From: a virus
Direction: 5' to 3' (one strand)
IMG/VR virus record: IMGVR_UViG_3300007351_000496
Length of the DNA stretch: 64,000 nt
Shown here: one piece after another, positions 29,173-39,334 of the stretch
Position numbering within the stretch: the stretch's first letter is position 1
Layout: each line of letters opens with the position of its first letter
The notes under the pieces: generated by a model
Told to the model about the DNA's origin: nothing
Seen by the model: only the letters and a program-made list of their open reading frames with translations
The model's database searches: none
Program-made: the position numbers and the translations under genes

Positions 29173-29713
29173 TCTGATTTTTTAAATATGCAGCGTCTAA
29201 TTTTTTCATATATTTTCCCCCTAAAACCCCACGTATAGTTGGAAACCACAAATCTACCTTGTCAGCAATAAAAGTTGTTTTTTCTGGCATTCCATAATCA
29301 TAAAGTCGTTGAGAAATACGCTTTAATCGTTTGTTGAATTCACTTATATTTGTGGTGTTAAGGTCTGTAAACTCTACTAGAGGGACGTACTGACTCATAT
29401 TTTGAACTTTTGAATTGAACTCTGAAACTTCAATTTCTGTGTATGCGGGCGTACAATATGCAGCGATCGGATAGATAAACCCATATTCACATTTATTTTT
29501 CTTTTTAAGATTAAAAATCTGTTCGAAATGTTGCTGATAAACAGAATACTGTCCGATATACAAATTTAATTTGTCATCAAAGCAAAAAATGTGACGAAAC
29601 TTTGCATGCTCCCATTGCTGATAAGGGTTCATATAAAACCCTATACTTCTAATTACTTCGCCTGGCGAATAGTACCAATCAAATAAAGCTTTAAAGGCAG
29701 CAACTTCCGACAC
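29066..29713 (-). CDS. Hypothetical protein
   Basis: 215-aa ORF at the end of the minus-strand run. Confidence 0.6.
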   Translation of the reverse strand: MSEVAAFKALFDWYYSPGEVIRSIGFYMNPYQQWEHAKFRHIFCFDDKLNLYIGQYSVYQQHFEQIFNLKKKNKCEYGFIYPIAAYCTPAYTEIEVSEFNSKVQNMSQYVPLVEFTDLNTTNISEFNKRLKRISQRLYDYGMPEKTTFIADKVDLWFPTIRGVLGGKYMKKLDAAYLKNQINSMLRTEEHSLNAKDLVAEDYSNSVKSKLGRNKL

Positions 29714-29752
29714 ACTTAGAGTGTCCGCATTTGATAGCGACTTTTCAAGTCG

Positions 29753-30055
29753 TTAAAATTTAAAATATTTACAAACTGCATAACCTAAACCGGCGGCACT
29801 TATTAGTAATACCGGTAGGGGTACCCGGGCCAAGTGTTCCCAAAGCCCTAATTCTGTGAGAACGTCAGCGGGCGGAATTTCACTTTCAATGTAGTATTTA
29901 TCAATTACGGAGTCGATGTCATTATCTCCAAGTGATCGTCTAATTTTATCGACAACCTGTGAGACCTTATACTTTTTCTCAAGATCTGCTCGAGACTCGT
30001 AAAAAATAGGAGTCGTAGCATCTCGACGAAGATCACGTAATTGCTGAGATTTCAT
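29753..30055 (-). CDS. Tail-anchored protein
   Basis: SLGD motif; C-terminal TM. Confidence 0.7.
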   Translation of the reverse strand: MKSQQLRDLRRDATTPIFYESRADLEKKYKVSQVVDKIRRSLGDNDIDSVIDKYYIESEIPPADVLTELGLWEHLARVPLPVLLISAAGLGYAVCKYFKF

Positions 30056-30363
30056 TATCTCTTAGCCCTCTTTACTTTAATAAGCAATAACACTACTAAG
30101 CCAGCGAGCAGTGTCTTAGTACTCCATCCATAAAACTCATTAGGTAAAAAGTCTCCTGACTGAACTTGTGCTAAGATATCTGTCTGCCCAAATCCCTCTA
30201 ACTGTCCTGTTCGAGAAGCAGAGGCGACAATCAATCTCTCCGCTTCTGTTCCATATCGCGTAATATCAATAAGTGGCTCCTGGCGTTTAGACAGAGCAAC
30301 ACCTTTCTTTAATTTATTAATAATGTTTCGATAGTTCATTTGACTATTAATGTTGATTTTCAT
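30055..30363 (-). CDS. Tail-anchored protein
   Basis: EGFGQ motif; TLLAGLVVLLLI plus basic tail. Confidence 0.7.
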   Translation of the reverse strand: MKININSQMNYRNIINKLKKGVALSKRQEPLIDITRYGTEAERLIVASASRTGQLEGFGQTDILAQVQSGDFLPNEFYGWSTKTLLAGLVVLLLIKVKRAKR

Positions 30364-31046
30364 ATGCCACTACCACTCCAAAAATCTTCGTTATTATGTC
30401 TACCCCAATAACGACCTCTTGAACGCTCCCAATTTCTTTGACTGCCGCTCCAACGATCCCCGCCCCACCGTCTCATTGGATTTTTAGAAAAAATTGATTT
30501 GAACAGTCCAACCCCTTCTTCTGGGTTTCTAGCAAATATTGATCTAAACAATCCAGTGCCCACGTCTCCTGTTGCAGTGTTTATTGGCGGCTCAGGATTA
30601 CCGCGGCATAATGGGCACTCTCGATGATAATTATGACTGTCCCTCATATTACGTCGCCACGGTTTAGCGGACCAACGTTGCGGATTTCTCCGCAATTTAG
30701 AAATTGTCCGCTGATAATGAGAATCATCTAGAAACTCGTGATCGTCATCTTCTAGCGGATTATACAGTTTTGGTCCCCACGGATCTCCATTTGGAGCTGG
30801 ATTTCTCCTCCAGCCGCGTCGAGCCCCAGGACACATACATTCCATGGGATCCCCTCCGCAACCACAACCACAAGCTGCTCGTCCACAGCCAGCGCAAGGA
30901 CTCCACCTGGCTGTTCTATCAGGATTAAAGGCGACTAACCTTGAAGTATCTAAATTACGTCGTCTAAAAGCTAACAATCTATTTGTATCCAAATTATATC
31001 GATAGGGCGTAGATCTCTGCCGCCAACGCGGTTGGTAGTGTCTCAT
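30360..31046 (-). CDS. Arg-rich low-complexity protein with repeated (R/K)-N-P motifs
   Basis: RRNP twice, plus FNP, YNP, GNP, ARNP, KNP; Cys cluster; duplicated GLF(R/K)SIF segment. Confidence 0.75.
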   Translation of the reverse strand: MRHYQPRWRQRSTPYRYNLDTNRLLAFRRRNLDTSRLVAFNPDRTARWSPCAGCGRAACGCGCGGDPMECMCPGARRGWRRNPAPNGDPWGPKLYNPLEDDDHEFLDDSHYQRTISKLRRNPQRWSAKPWRRNMRDSHNYHRECPLCRGNPEPPINTATGDVGTGLFRSIFARNPEEGVGLFKSIFSKNPMRRWGGDRWSGSQRNWERSRGRYWGRHNNEDFWSGSGI

Positions 31047-31078
31047 GGTTAAATGATATCAAATAAGTCTATATAGAG

Positions 31079-31717
31079 CTATCTTTTTCTAAGCCACCAG
31101 ACACCAGCAACTACTAAAATAAGTAACAACACCCATTTAGAACTTGCCGTTGAGATCGAACCTAATCCATCGCCTGATTTTTTGTTTTTTAAACTTGAAT
31201 CATAAAGTTTTTCGTCAGGTCTATCGAGTTTTTTACCATATCGATCAAAAAGAGGATATCCTTTGCGGACTCGGTATGCTGTGCCCGCATAAGCATAGAT
31301 ACCTCCGGTATTCTTATTGTCTTCAACAACCTTTTTAACGATGTTGTCTAATTCCGGTGTATTCTTGCCATACAACTCATATAATCTATTTAAATCACGC
31401 ACTTTAATATATGCGACTGGGTAGTTTGTTAATAGATGCTGGATAACTTCCAATTGAATTTTTAACTTCTTAAGCCGTTTACCAGCTTCTGGATCATATC
31501 CTAAAACCTTTATCGATTGCTCCCCGGCCTCGACTTGCATAGAAACACGATCAGCCTCCCGTCGTAGATTCACAGAAAAATCTGGATTACTAAGATTTGT
31601 CAGAAGAGGTTCCAACTTATAACTAGCTACGTCCTCTATAGTTTGAGGTACGTCAACATTCACATTAAATCCCTGTCCCGTTGAATATCGGTATAGGGCG
31701 TGTCGATACGTTTCCAT
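31079..31717 (-). CDS. Tail-anchored protein
   Basis: DGLGS just before the TM WVLLLILVVAGVWWLRKR. Confidence 0.75.
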   Translation of the reverse strand: METYRHALYRYSTGQGFNVNVDVPQTIEDVASYKLEPLLTNLSNPDFSVNLRREADRVSMQVEAGEQSIKVLGYDPEAGKRLKKLKIQLEVIQHLLTNYPVAYIKVRDLNRLYELYGKNTPELDNIVKKVVEDNKNTGGIYAYAGTAYRVRKGYPLFDRYGKKLDRPDEKLYDSSLKNKKSGDGLGSISTASSKWVLLLILVVAGVWWLRKR

Positions 31718-31731
31718 AGTATAATTATATA

Positions 31732-32730
31732 CTAAACACCAACTTTTTTAATGCGTTTTGTTCTCTTTATAATAGGGATTAATCGTCCAGTCTCTTCAAG
31801 TGGTTTGCTTTTTTTAACAATCGCGTCTGCGGATTCCTTAAATAAATCCTTTTCTTCAACTTTGTGCAATTCTCTCCGTGGTTTACGTTCTACTTTTTTT
31901 TCTTTCTTAAGAAAAGGCTCGACAGTTTTTGCTTCAACGTCTAACACAGTCTCAGGTTTTACATCATTTGATGATGGGAGTTCAGGCATTTTGAAGTCTA
32001 CTCTTGGACGAATATTAAGTTCATTGTATGACGTATCCATAGTTCTCAATAAAGCTTTTTCCTCAGAATCCCACTCATCATTCATATTTTCAGCAGTTTT
32101 CTTCTTAACAGGTTTCACCTTTTTATTGGAAACTTTACCCTTAATCACGTCTAAATAGTTACCAGAAAATTCGGGATCTTTAGTCATCTGACTGAATGCT
32201 TGGTATTTTTGAATAGACCTAATAGTTCTTTCAAATGAGGACTCTGCATCGCCAGGATTTTCAAGCTTCTTAACTTCCTTATCCCTTGTAAAAAACTTCT
32301 TGTAAAAGAGGAACATCGATCCAGCAGTCACTAAGGCTGAACTAGCCGCAAAAACTGGTTTCTGTTTAATCCAGTTAACTAGTGCCATTGTTCCTTTTTC
32401 AGCCAACCCTTGCAACTGAGACCCAGGCAAGGCTCTAACCTCTTCAGGGGAACTCAATTTACACTTTATCTGCGATAAAATCATCGCTAAATCGCGATAC
32501 TTCTGATCGATCGAGTCCAATTCTTGAGGATAAGCGTGATACATTTGGATTTCGCGAGCTTGTTTTTTTCTAAGAATACTAGCAATAGCATCCTTCGCAT
32601 AAACTTCATCTTTTCTCTCTGTAACATCCATCAGATGAATAATTGTATTCTTTAAAGTGATAAAATCACTAGCTGATTCTAACGTGTATAATCCTTTTTT
32701 GAATAATTCTATGTGTTCGATTGATGGCAT
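31732..32730 (-). CDS. Hypothetical protein with internal TM
   Basis: Central AASSALVTAGSMFLFY segment, LENP, Lys/Glu-rich tail. Confidence 0.75.
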   Translation of the reverse strand: MPSIEHIELFKKGLYTLESASDFITLKNTIIHLMDVTERKDEVYAKDAIASILRKKQAREIQMYHAYPQELDSIDQKYRDLAMILSQIKCKLSSPEEVRALPGSQLQGLAEKGTMALVNWIKQKPVFAASSALVTAGSMFLFYKKFFTRDKEVKKLENPGDAESSFERTIRSIQKYQAFSQMTKDPEFSGNYLDVIKGKVSNKKVKPVKKKTAENMNDEWDSEEKALLRTMDTSYNELNIRPRVDFKMPELPSSNDVKPETVLDVEAKTVEPFLKKEKKVERKPRRELHKVEEKDLFKESADAIVKKSKPLEETGRLIPIIKRTKRIKKVGV

Positions 32731-32993
32731 TAGTCACTCCACAGACGTTTTTTAATTTCTGCTTGGATCTTACCAAACTTAGTACCAACTTTAAAAGTTA
32801 TGTACATAAGAACTATAAGCCCAGCAACTGTCAAAGCACTCCGATAAGGAAAACTAACTACGGCGTCTTTCACGGCTTTTACATCATCCGCCACCCCGTT
32901 GAAGGATGCACTTCGAAGTGGATTAAATACTTCGTTTGATCCTATGCCACGAGAATAATCCTGCGCTTTAAATACCCTATCAACTCTAATCAT
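32730..32993 (-). CDS. Small membrane protein
   Basis: TM ALTVAGLIVLMYITF; TAATG coupling. Confidence 0.7.
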   Translation of the reverse strand: MIRVDRVFKAQDYSRGIGSNEVFNPLRSASFNGVADDVKAVKDAVVSFPYRSALTVAGLIVLMYITFKVGTKFGKIQAEIKKRLWSD

Positions 32994-32998
32994 CCCAG

Positions 32999-33934
32999 TT
33001 ACTCCTCTCCTACGTCGTCCTCGCTATCGTCATTTTCATCCTGTTGATGTATGCAGCCTATTCTTTGACAAATATCACACCACTCATGCTCACACTCTGG
33101 CTCACCCTCTCCGCCAACATTTTCTCTACATAGGTAACAATAATCTCCTTGAAGAACGCGTTGGCAACTATCACATTGCTCTCGCCCTATATCCTCAATT
33201 ATGTATGCTGCCTCTAAATCCCGAGTGTCGGGATCATTCGCACAATCACTACAAAGAGTATCTCCTTCACGAGTAAGATACATCACATCATACCCACCAG
33301 GCCAAGCGTAACTAGTTAATAACCCCCTATCGTCTATCATGCGCTTTAGATGAACGGGTAAAGCATTTCGCCACCGACGGCGTGCATGTCGCTCTTTTGC
33401 CATTTGATGAGCCCCCTCAGAACGCTGGGGATAAACCCCACTTCTTATTTGTAATTGTCGAAGCTTACGTAACGCATCCGTATCACCGGACTCAGCCAAT
33501 CGCTCTAAGCGGCGAATTTCTTCGTCAGGATTTTTTTCATACGGCCAATATTTTATAACAAGTTTTTCAACTAAATGCTGGGGCAGTATTCGTCCAGTTT
33601 GTCTAAAATGATCATCGACAATTTGTCTGGTTGCGAAACGAACAGACAGGCCCCTTCGGGCCAACTCTTTAAGTTTGGCGCGAAATATAAGGCCAAATTC
33701 TGAATCTTCTGAAGGCTCTGAATCTGGGTTTTTTTTTCTAGCCGTAGCTGGTGAAGGTAATGTCTTAATAGATAAAGTGTACCATTGATCTAGCCAATGA
33801 TTCAAGTTAGTCCGCATCTCAGCTCTATAGCGTTGCGGATTCCACCCGTGTCTTAATAAGATACGTTCGACTTTTTTAGGATCTCTGCCGTTTAGACGTG
33901 CCCACCCGGTAACATCTTCTATCCACGATTGCAC
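32999..33934 (-). CDS. Multi-module hypothetical protein with KNP motifs and an AWPGGY..C..C domain
   Basis: Start placed at GTG 33934 (GGGAG RBS 6 nt upstream, next to the upstream stop); RKKNP, EKNPDEEIRRLER, YAWPGGY, CxxC pairs. Confidence 0.75.
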   Translation of the reverse strand: MQSWIEDVTGWARLNGRDPKKVERILLRHGWNPQRYRAEMRTNLNHWLDQWYTLSIKTLPSPATARKKNPDSEPSEDSEFGLIFRAKLKELARRGLSVRFATRQIVDDHFRQTGRILPQHLVEKLVIKYWPYEKNPDEEIRRLERLAESGDTDALRKLRQLQIRSGVYPQRSEGAHQMAKERHARRRWRNALPVHLKRMIDDRGLLTSYAWPGGYDVMYLTREGDTLCSDCANDPDTRDLEAAYIIEDIGREQCDSCQRVLQGDYCYLCRENVGGEGEPECEHEWCDICQRIGCIHQQDENDDSEDDVGEE

Positions 33935-33936
33935 TG

Positions 33937-34785
33937 CTATCTCCCAAAGAGATAGAGACTTAAAGCAACTCCTCCAATTAAGGATGCCCCCAAAAGAACA
34001 CAATGTTTTTTCGAGCTTACTGGGCTCGCTGGGCTTGCTGGAATATTTACAACCTCAGGCTCTTCTCCGAAGCTTGGAGTTACTGGCAAGGGCTCTAATT
34101 TAGAAGGATTTATGTTATCAACACCCTTTTCAAGTGTTTTCTTGTGGGCCAGAGCAATTTGTTTTATTTGATCTTCTTTGCTCGCTTGCTCTTTCAATGC
34201 GGGTGGAAGCTTAATACTTGCACTGTGCATTAACTTTTGAATGCCATCGGCAAGCTGTTGATGCAGTTTTTTTTGTGTTCCAACAGCATTCTTACATCTT
34301 TCATAATCCGCATCGATATCACGAAGACGCAACCCGAGTTCTTTTTGAACACCAATTTTTTTATGTCTATCAGCTAAGGGCTGTTTAAGAGTTTCGGCTG
34401 CAAGCTGGTAATTCATAGTAGTTTCATCTAAAACTTTTTTACACCGTGAAACCATATAGCCTATGCCCCTGTTACGGTGAATAAATGTACGATGTAAACC
34501 TTGTAAATACTCTAACTCATTTCGATCAAAATACTTAACCAGAGCTTCCAATCTCTTAAGACCAATAATAGCAGAATCAGCGGCCTCATTAAGTTTGCTG
34601 TGCTCTGTGGCAAGATCGTTATACGTTTGACGATGTTTACGTAGCGTTTCTGTAACCCATTTAATAAATTCTACGGCGTCAGCCGGTTCCAGCCGGCGAT
34701 CAAGAGCTTCGTCTGCTTGATGTGCCAATTTTTCATGTAAGTCTTGGCCAAAAGAATTATCTCTAATAAGCATCGAATTCCTCAT
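33937..34785 (-). CDS. Coiled-coil tail-anchored protein
   Basis: SFGQD near the N-terminus, SFGE, C-terminal TM. Confidence 0.75.
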   Translation of the reverse strand: MRNSMLIRDNSFGQDLHEKLAHQADEALDRRLEPADAVEFIKWVTETLRKHRQTYNDLATEHSKLNEAADSAIIGLKRLEALVKYFDRNELEYLQGLHRTFIHRNRGIGYMVSRCKKVLDETTMNYQLAAETLKQPLADRHKKIGVQKELGLRLRDIDADYERCKNAVGTQKKLHQQLADGIQKLMHSASIKLPPALKEQASKEDQIKQIALAHKKTLEKGVDNINPSKLEPLPVTPSFGEEPEVVNIPASPASPVSSKKHCVLLGASLIGGVALSLYLFGR

Positions 34786-34821
34786 TGGGAATTATATCAA
34801 ATAGGAAGGCCAATGAATGGA

Positions 34822-35142
34822 CTAACTGCTCTTTTTCTTCTTTCTACGATATGCCCACGCAAAGCCAAGAAAAGCTACTCCAAGCAACCATACTGGAAAC
34901 CCTCCAATGTTTTGAGCGAAAATTGATTTTGGAGGGGGTCCTGCGCGCATTGGCTGTGCTATTGGTGTGACCTCACTAGCTACAGTAATCTCCTCTTCTT
35001 CCTCATCTTCTTCCTCATCCTCATCAACTTGTCCAAGACGAATATCCATTCGTTTTACAGGAGGAGAGGCTCCGTATCTGCTATAAAGATCATCGAATAT
35101 TCCTTGATCTGTTTGTCCATAAATAGAAGAATATAAGCTCAT
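34822..35142 (-). CDS. Acidic tail-anchored protein
   Basis: IYGQ, RLGQ, poly-Glu, TM and RRKKKK tail. Confidence 0.75.
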   Translation of the reverse strand: MSLYSSIYGQTDQGIFDDLYSRYGASPPVKRMDIRLGQVDEDEEEDEEEEEITVASEVTPIAQPMRAGPPPKSIFAQNIGGFPVWLLGVAFLGFAWAYRRKKKKSS

Positions 35143-35534
35143 TACAATCCTCGGAGTATTCTTGCAGCGAAGTACATTCTAAAAGTAGCTTGTGCTGCTG
35201 CACCGTTTACATATATAATTCTAGCAAATGGCGCAACAACCTGAACAGCAACCGCGTTGTTGTCTATGTCAGCGGCAGTAATAGCGTAAACCGACCGAGA
35301 TACAAGGGAAGTCGCTGGGGATCCCGCTGGCAAATCAGCTGATTGCAAGGCTTGTTCTATGATAATGCCATTAGGTGTAGCACTGGCAACGTTAGAAAAT
35401 GCAAACCCTGCTATATGTGTATACCCTAAGACATTGAATGTAGTTCCAATAAAGGAAGCACCACCACCTAAAGGAGTGGTCTCCTGCACCATTACCATTG
35501 AGTCTGCTTGCGAAAGATTTACATTGTTTACCAT
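35142..35534 (-). CDS. Beta-sandwich-like protein, putative virion component
   Basis: 130 aa of alternating hydrophobic strands (FARIIYVNG, FRMYFAA); lies within the structural run. Confidence 0.55.
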   Translation of the reverse strand: MVNNVNLSQADSMVMVQETTPLGGGASFIGTTFNVLGYTHIAGFAFSNVASATPNGIIIEQALQSADLPAGSPATSLVSRSVYAITAADIDNNAVAVQVVAPFARIIYVNGAAAQATFRMYFAARILRGL

Positions 35535-35536
35535 AG

Positions 35537-36259
35537 TTATCTATTTCTAAAGATATCATCCAATTCGTCAATTGGGAACCAATGTCCAGTCAGTATTGCT
35601 TGCACTGCAATGTTTCTTGCCAGAGGATCGCTTGTGCTAATAGCGTTCATAGCACTAACTTGGATTGTTGTACTTTCATTAGCAATGGTAAATAATTTAG
35701 CCTCAATTTCCATTGAAGACATTAACAATGGAAAATTGCCAAAACTAAAAATTTGAGTTCCGCCAACCTCAACCCGCCAGTGAATGTCGTCTGGCTGTCC
35801 ATTGGATTTTTGATAAGCACTCGAATCACCAATGAATTGCCGAAGGCCAGTGATTACCGCGGCATATCCAGAGGGTACGTTAAGAACTCCACTAGAAGCT
35901 GTTTGTGGTGAACCAGGTGGTAGTGTTGCGATATCCACCAATAAAGGAACAAATGCCGTTGGATCTGGTGGGAGTAGAGCAACACCGTATACTATAAATC
36001 TTTGAGACCGGAACGACTCGTAGTTCATTCGCGGTAAATAGTTAATTGCAGTAAAGTTTACCGGATTAACCAATCCACCTGGGATTGGTTCCATAAAAGG
36101 CCGATAAGCACCGCCTACTGTAGAATAAATATCAGCTTCTAATCCTGGAAGAAAGGTTCCATCGGGTAAAGAAAGCGCACCTGCTCCTCGAAGGTCCTCA
36201 GGGAGTTCTCCGAAGTCTCCAAAGCCAGAAAATTCTCTTTCAATAAAGTCTTTTTCCAT
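35537..36259 (-). CDS. Putative jelly-roll minor capsid protein
   Basis: N-terminal GFGDFGE, then beta-rich domain (LNVPSGYAAVITGLRQ, IHWRVEV, IQVSA, ILTGHWFP). Confidence 0.55.
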   Translation of the reverse strand: MEKDFIEREFSGFGDFGELPEDLRGAGALSLPDGTFLPGLEADIYSTVGGAYRPFMEPIPGGLVNPVNFTAINYLPRMNYESFRSQRFIVYGVALLPPDPTAFVPLLVDIATLPPGSPQTASSGVLNVPSGYAAVITGLRQFIGDSSAYQKSNGQPDDIHWRVEVGGTQIFSFGNFPLLMSSMEIEAKLFTIANESTTIQVSAMNAISTSDPLARNIAVQAILTGHWFPIDELDDIFRNR

Positions 36260-36329
36260 GTAAAGATTACCTGACTAACTTAGTATATCAAAATCTTGTC
36301 AAGCTTATAGGAATTGTTAGCATTAGAAT

Positions 36330-37601
36330 ATGAAATTCGATTTAAATGAATTCGATTCCTTGAATAAAGAAGAACAGAAAAAATATCTAATAGCTTACGG
36401 ACAGGCTTTTTTTAAAACGATGGGAGTTGCTCCTGCTCAAGATGATTTATCTAAGGTCGGAGTAACCTATGTGCAAATAAGATATCGATTTGGCAATTTA
36501 AGTAGTTATCATACAGCATGTGGCATCGACTCTCCTATAAGAAAAAGAAATATGTCAGATGATGAAATGAGAGCCTATCTAAAATCAATAGTTAGCAAGA
36601 ATATCCAACACACAGAGTGCCCTGCTTACGCTAGAAAAGATCCTTTATGCTATCCAAATTGTAGTTGCTGGATTCCAGAAGGTCGTTATGTAACAGAGCA
36701 GAATAGAACAAACATAAGGCATAAAAACGAAATGTGGTTACTACATAGACTTAGTTATTTTTTATTTAAAGATTCTCTTAATGATAATGATGTAATGCAC
36801 TTATGCGATACTCCATCTTGCTTTAATCCTGATCACCTTAGATTAGGAACAAGAGCTGAAAACATACAACAATGCGTAAACAACGGCAGAAGAGTACATA
36901 ATCCGAAGCAAATTTCGGACCATGATCTTCGAGACCCTTATGATTCTCAAAAACTATTGGATCTTGTTAAAAACAGATGTGAAATTACTTCTAAAAATGA
37001 ATGGTTATACAAATACTCTCTAGGCCCAAGTGGTTACCCACTTATAATGATCGATTCAAAGCTTTATACACTTAGTAAACTCATATTAGCCAATAAACTT
37101 GGAAAGTCTTACGAGGATATAGAAATAACTCGGCATCTCTTACCAGATGGCACTGAAGGACAACGTCACGATTTAAATCCAGATCACTTAATCGAGGGTA
37201 GTCGTCGTGATAATGCAATTGACGTTGTTCTAAACAAAACGAAATTAACTGTTGAAATTATTTCATACATTCGAGATGCTGCTCCCAAAAATATCCTTAA
37301 AAAAGGAGATGCACAGAAATTCGATAAATTAATGGCGGACAAGTTCGATTTACCAGTAAATACTATTAAAAATATACGACTAGGGACAAGTTATGATGTA
37401 TTTCATAATGGTAACGCAGTAAAAATAAATCTCAGTACCCCGGTATGTCAGTACGACTCACAAGGAAACTTTCTCAAAGAATATGCATCGGTCGCAGATG
37501 CTTTAAGAACAAATAATTTTAAATCCAAAAATATGATCCAAGATGTCTGCAACGGAAAATGCAAAACTTATATGGGATTTATATGGAAATATAAAAAATA
37601 A
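36330..37601 (+). CDS. Free-standing HNH/NUMOD1 homing endonuclease, paralog of the N-part of 3316-5319
   Basis: VMHLCDTPSCFNPDHLRLGTRAEN, LRDPYD, YTLSKLILANKLGKSYED, DLNPDHL, NUMOD1-like C-terminus; antisense within the structural run. Confidence 0.85.
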   Translation: MKFDLNEFDSLNKEEQKKYLIAYGQAFFKTMGVAPAQDDLSKVGVTYVQIRYRFGNLSSYHTACGIDSPIRKRNMSDDEMRAYLKSIVSKNIQHTECPAYARKDPLCYPNCSCWIPEGRYVTEQNRTNIRHKNEMWLLHRLSYFLFKDSLNDNDVMHLCDTPSCFNPDHLRLGTRAENIQQCVNNGRRVHNPKQISDHDLRDPYDSQKLLDLVKNRCEITSKNEWLYKYSLGPSGYPLIMIDSKLYTLSKLILANKLGKSYEDIEITRHLLPDGTEGQRHDLNPDHLIEGSRRDNAIDVVLNKTKLTVEIISYIRDAAPKNILKKGDAQKFDKLMADKFDLPVNTIKNIRLGTSYDVFHNGNAVKINLSTPVCQYDSQGNFLKEYASVADALRTNNFKSKNMIQDVCNGKCKTYMGFIWKYKK

Positions 37602-37627
37602 CTATGCAGTTCTTACCAGGGATTCGT

Positions 37628-38167
37628 TTACCCCACCGTAGTTTTCAAATCCTCGATGTGATAAACTTTGTAACCTATGAACCCCAATCTAATTTCATTA
37701 GTCGCAAGAGAAATATCAGTCAATTCAATTGTGATTGTTGACGCTCTTGCAATGAACCGAGGTTTTGGAAGAATAAGTGGAAGTTGCGCGGTACCAGCTG
37801 CAATATCAGAGTGAGTTGCAATATTGGACCATTGACGGTCGTTAGACGAGTCGCGAACCAAGAAAGCAAATGGAGCTGTTGCTACTCGAACAACTTTCGT
37901 TAAATAAAAATCAGCTTCACGAGTTACTGAAATTGTAGTCGTTGCAGTTCCGCCCGCAGCTAATGTGATCGGCTGAGTTGCATAGATAAAGTACTCATCG
38001 AAGTTACCAGATTCGATCTTACGAATCTTTTCTGCTAACTTAAAGTTATCCTTACGTAAACGCTTATTCTCTTCTTGCATTGCAAGAAGAATTTCTTGAA
38101 GAGTTTGCAGATTTAAACCACCTGCACCGGCGTCATCTTGTCCGAATGTTCCTAAAGTTGAAGGCAT
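37628..38167 (-). CDS. Putative single-jelly-roll capsid protein with N-terminal coiled coil
   Basis: Start placed at ATG 38167 (GGAG RBS); TLGTFGQ, coiled coil, then ADFYLTK..GTAQLPLILPKPR..STITIEL..IRLGFIGYK. Confidence 0.6.
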   Translation of the reverse strand: MPSTLGTFGQDDAGAGGLNLQTLQEILLAMQEENKRLRKDNFKLAEKIRKIESGNFDEYFIYATQPITLAAGGTATTTISVTREADFYLTKVVRVATAPFAFLVRDSSNDRQWSNIATHSDIAAGTAQLPLILPKPRFIARASTITIELTDISLATNEIRLGFIGYKVYHIEDLKTTVG

Positions 38168-38278
38168 GTATATCTCCAAATGTTCCCTGTTCGGGTTCGT
38201 TGATCAATAGGTCTTTTTCCAGACCTACATGTATATATTAGATCAAATTTATGAATACATATCAACTTCATAAAAACA

Positions 38279-38308
38279 AAAAGAGCCCAGATCACTCTGG
38301 GCTCTTTT
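38279..38308. terminator. Intrinsic terminator downstream of the protamine-like gene
   Basis: 13-bp stem AAAAGAGCCCAGA/TCTGGGCTCTTTT, 4-nt loop, T tails both ways. Confidence 0.85.
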
Positions 38309-38327
38309 GATCATAGATAATTTACTA

Positions 38328-39188
38328 TTATCTACGAGCGCGACGACGTGAACGGCGAGCGCGACGAGACTTTCTAGAACGACGAGCGCGACGACGTGAA
38401 CGACGTGAACGACGAGCGCGACGACGTGAACGACGAGCCTTGCGACTACGGCGAGCGCGACGACGTGAACGACGACCGCGACGAGCCTTGCGAGACTTTC
38501 TAGAACGACGACGAGCCTTGCGACTACGACGATGTGAACGACGACCGCGACGAGCCTTGCGACTACGACGGCGAGCCTTGCGACTACGACGAGCCGCTAC
38601 TGGACGAGTGCGAAGCCCGTGTGACTTCAGCCACTTTTGAAGTTTCTTCAACTTCTTCTTAGTTGCCTTGCTCTTGCGACCACGCTTGCTGAGCATGCGG
38701 CGAACCTTACCCATCACTGAACGGGCACGTTTTCCAATCTTGCGTCCGGCTTTACCGCGCTTCAGTCCTAACTTACGACGAAGACGATAAAGTTTCTTTA
38801 CACGACGCTTAGCTTTAGCTGACCACTTTCCTTTACGGCGACCGCGCTTCGCCTTACGACCGCGCTTCTTTCCACGAGCCTTGCGACCGCGCTTCTTTCC
38901 GCCGCGACGCTTACGACCACGAGCTTTTGCGGCCTTCACTAGTGCCTTAGCTTTTCTCTTTCCGCCGAGAGCTTTTGCGGCCTTACGGTGAACCTTGGTC
39001 CAACGACCACGACCTTTACGAAGCAAGCAAAGGAGTGCAGCGCGCTTTGAAACGCGACGTGCTTTCCTTACTTTGGGACAATGACGCTTGCCACGAGCCT
39101 TCCGTGATTTACGTCCTTTACGCCGCAGAGCAGCGTGAGCCTTTTTAATGTTCCTACGAGCAGCTGCTCTTTGTTTTCTAGTTGCCAT
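38328..39188 (-). CDS. Protamine/histone-H1-like Arg/Lys-rich DNA-condensing protein (inferred)
   Basis: No Asp or Glu visible in 286 aa; MATRKQRAAARRNIKKA start; C-terminal RRSRKARR/RRRARRS repeats; AAGGAG RBS. Confidence 0.8.
   Translation of the reverse strand: MATRKQRAAARRNIKKAHAALRRKGRKSRKARGKRHCPKVRKARRVSKRAALLCLLRKGRGRWTKVHRKAAKALGGKRKAKALVKAAKARGRKRRGGKKRGRKARGKKRGRKAKRGRRKGKWSAKAKRRVKKLYRLRRKLGLKRGKAGRKIGKRARSVMGKVRRMLSKRGRKSKATKKKLKKLQKWLKSHGLRTRPVAARRSRKARRRSRKARRGRRSHRRSRKARRRSRKSRKARRGRRSRRRARRSRKARRSRRRARRSRRSRRRARRSRKSRRARRSRRRARR
38335..38595. repeat. Imperfect coding tandem repeats (GCGCGACGACGTGAACGAC and GAGCCTTGCGACTACGAC units)
   Basis: Repeats encode R/S/K/A heptad-like units on the minus strand. 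Confidence 0.85.
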
Positions 39189-39334
39189 TTAAATCTCCTT
39201 AATTAAAAGTGTAGAAAATTAATCATCTATTTGTCAACTATTTTTTAGGTATTTTTCATGATTTTTGATGATTTTTTAACTAATTATTTTGTAAGTAGTT
39301 AGATATAGACCAAAAAATATGCTATTTTCAATGT

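Noticed and set aside
38335-38595. Repeat array that could be mistaken for CRISPR
   Set aside because: The units are imperfect, have no unique spacers and are in-frame coding repeats of the Arg-rich protein; no cas genes are present.
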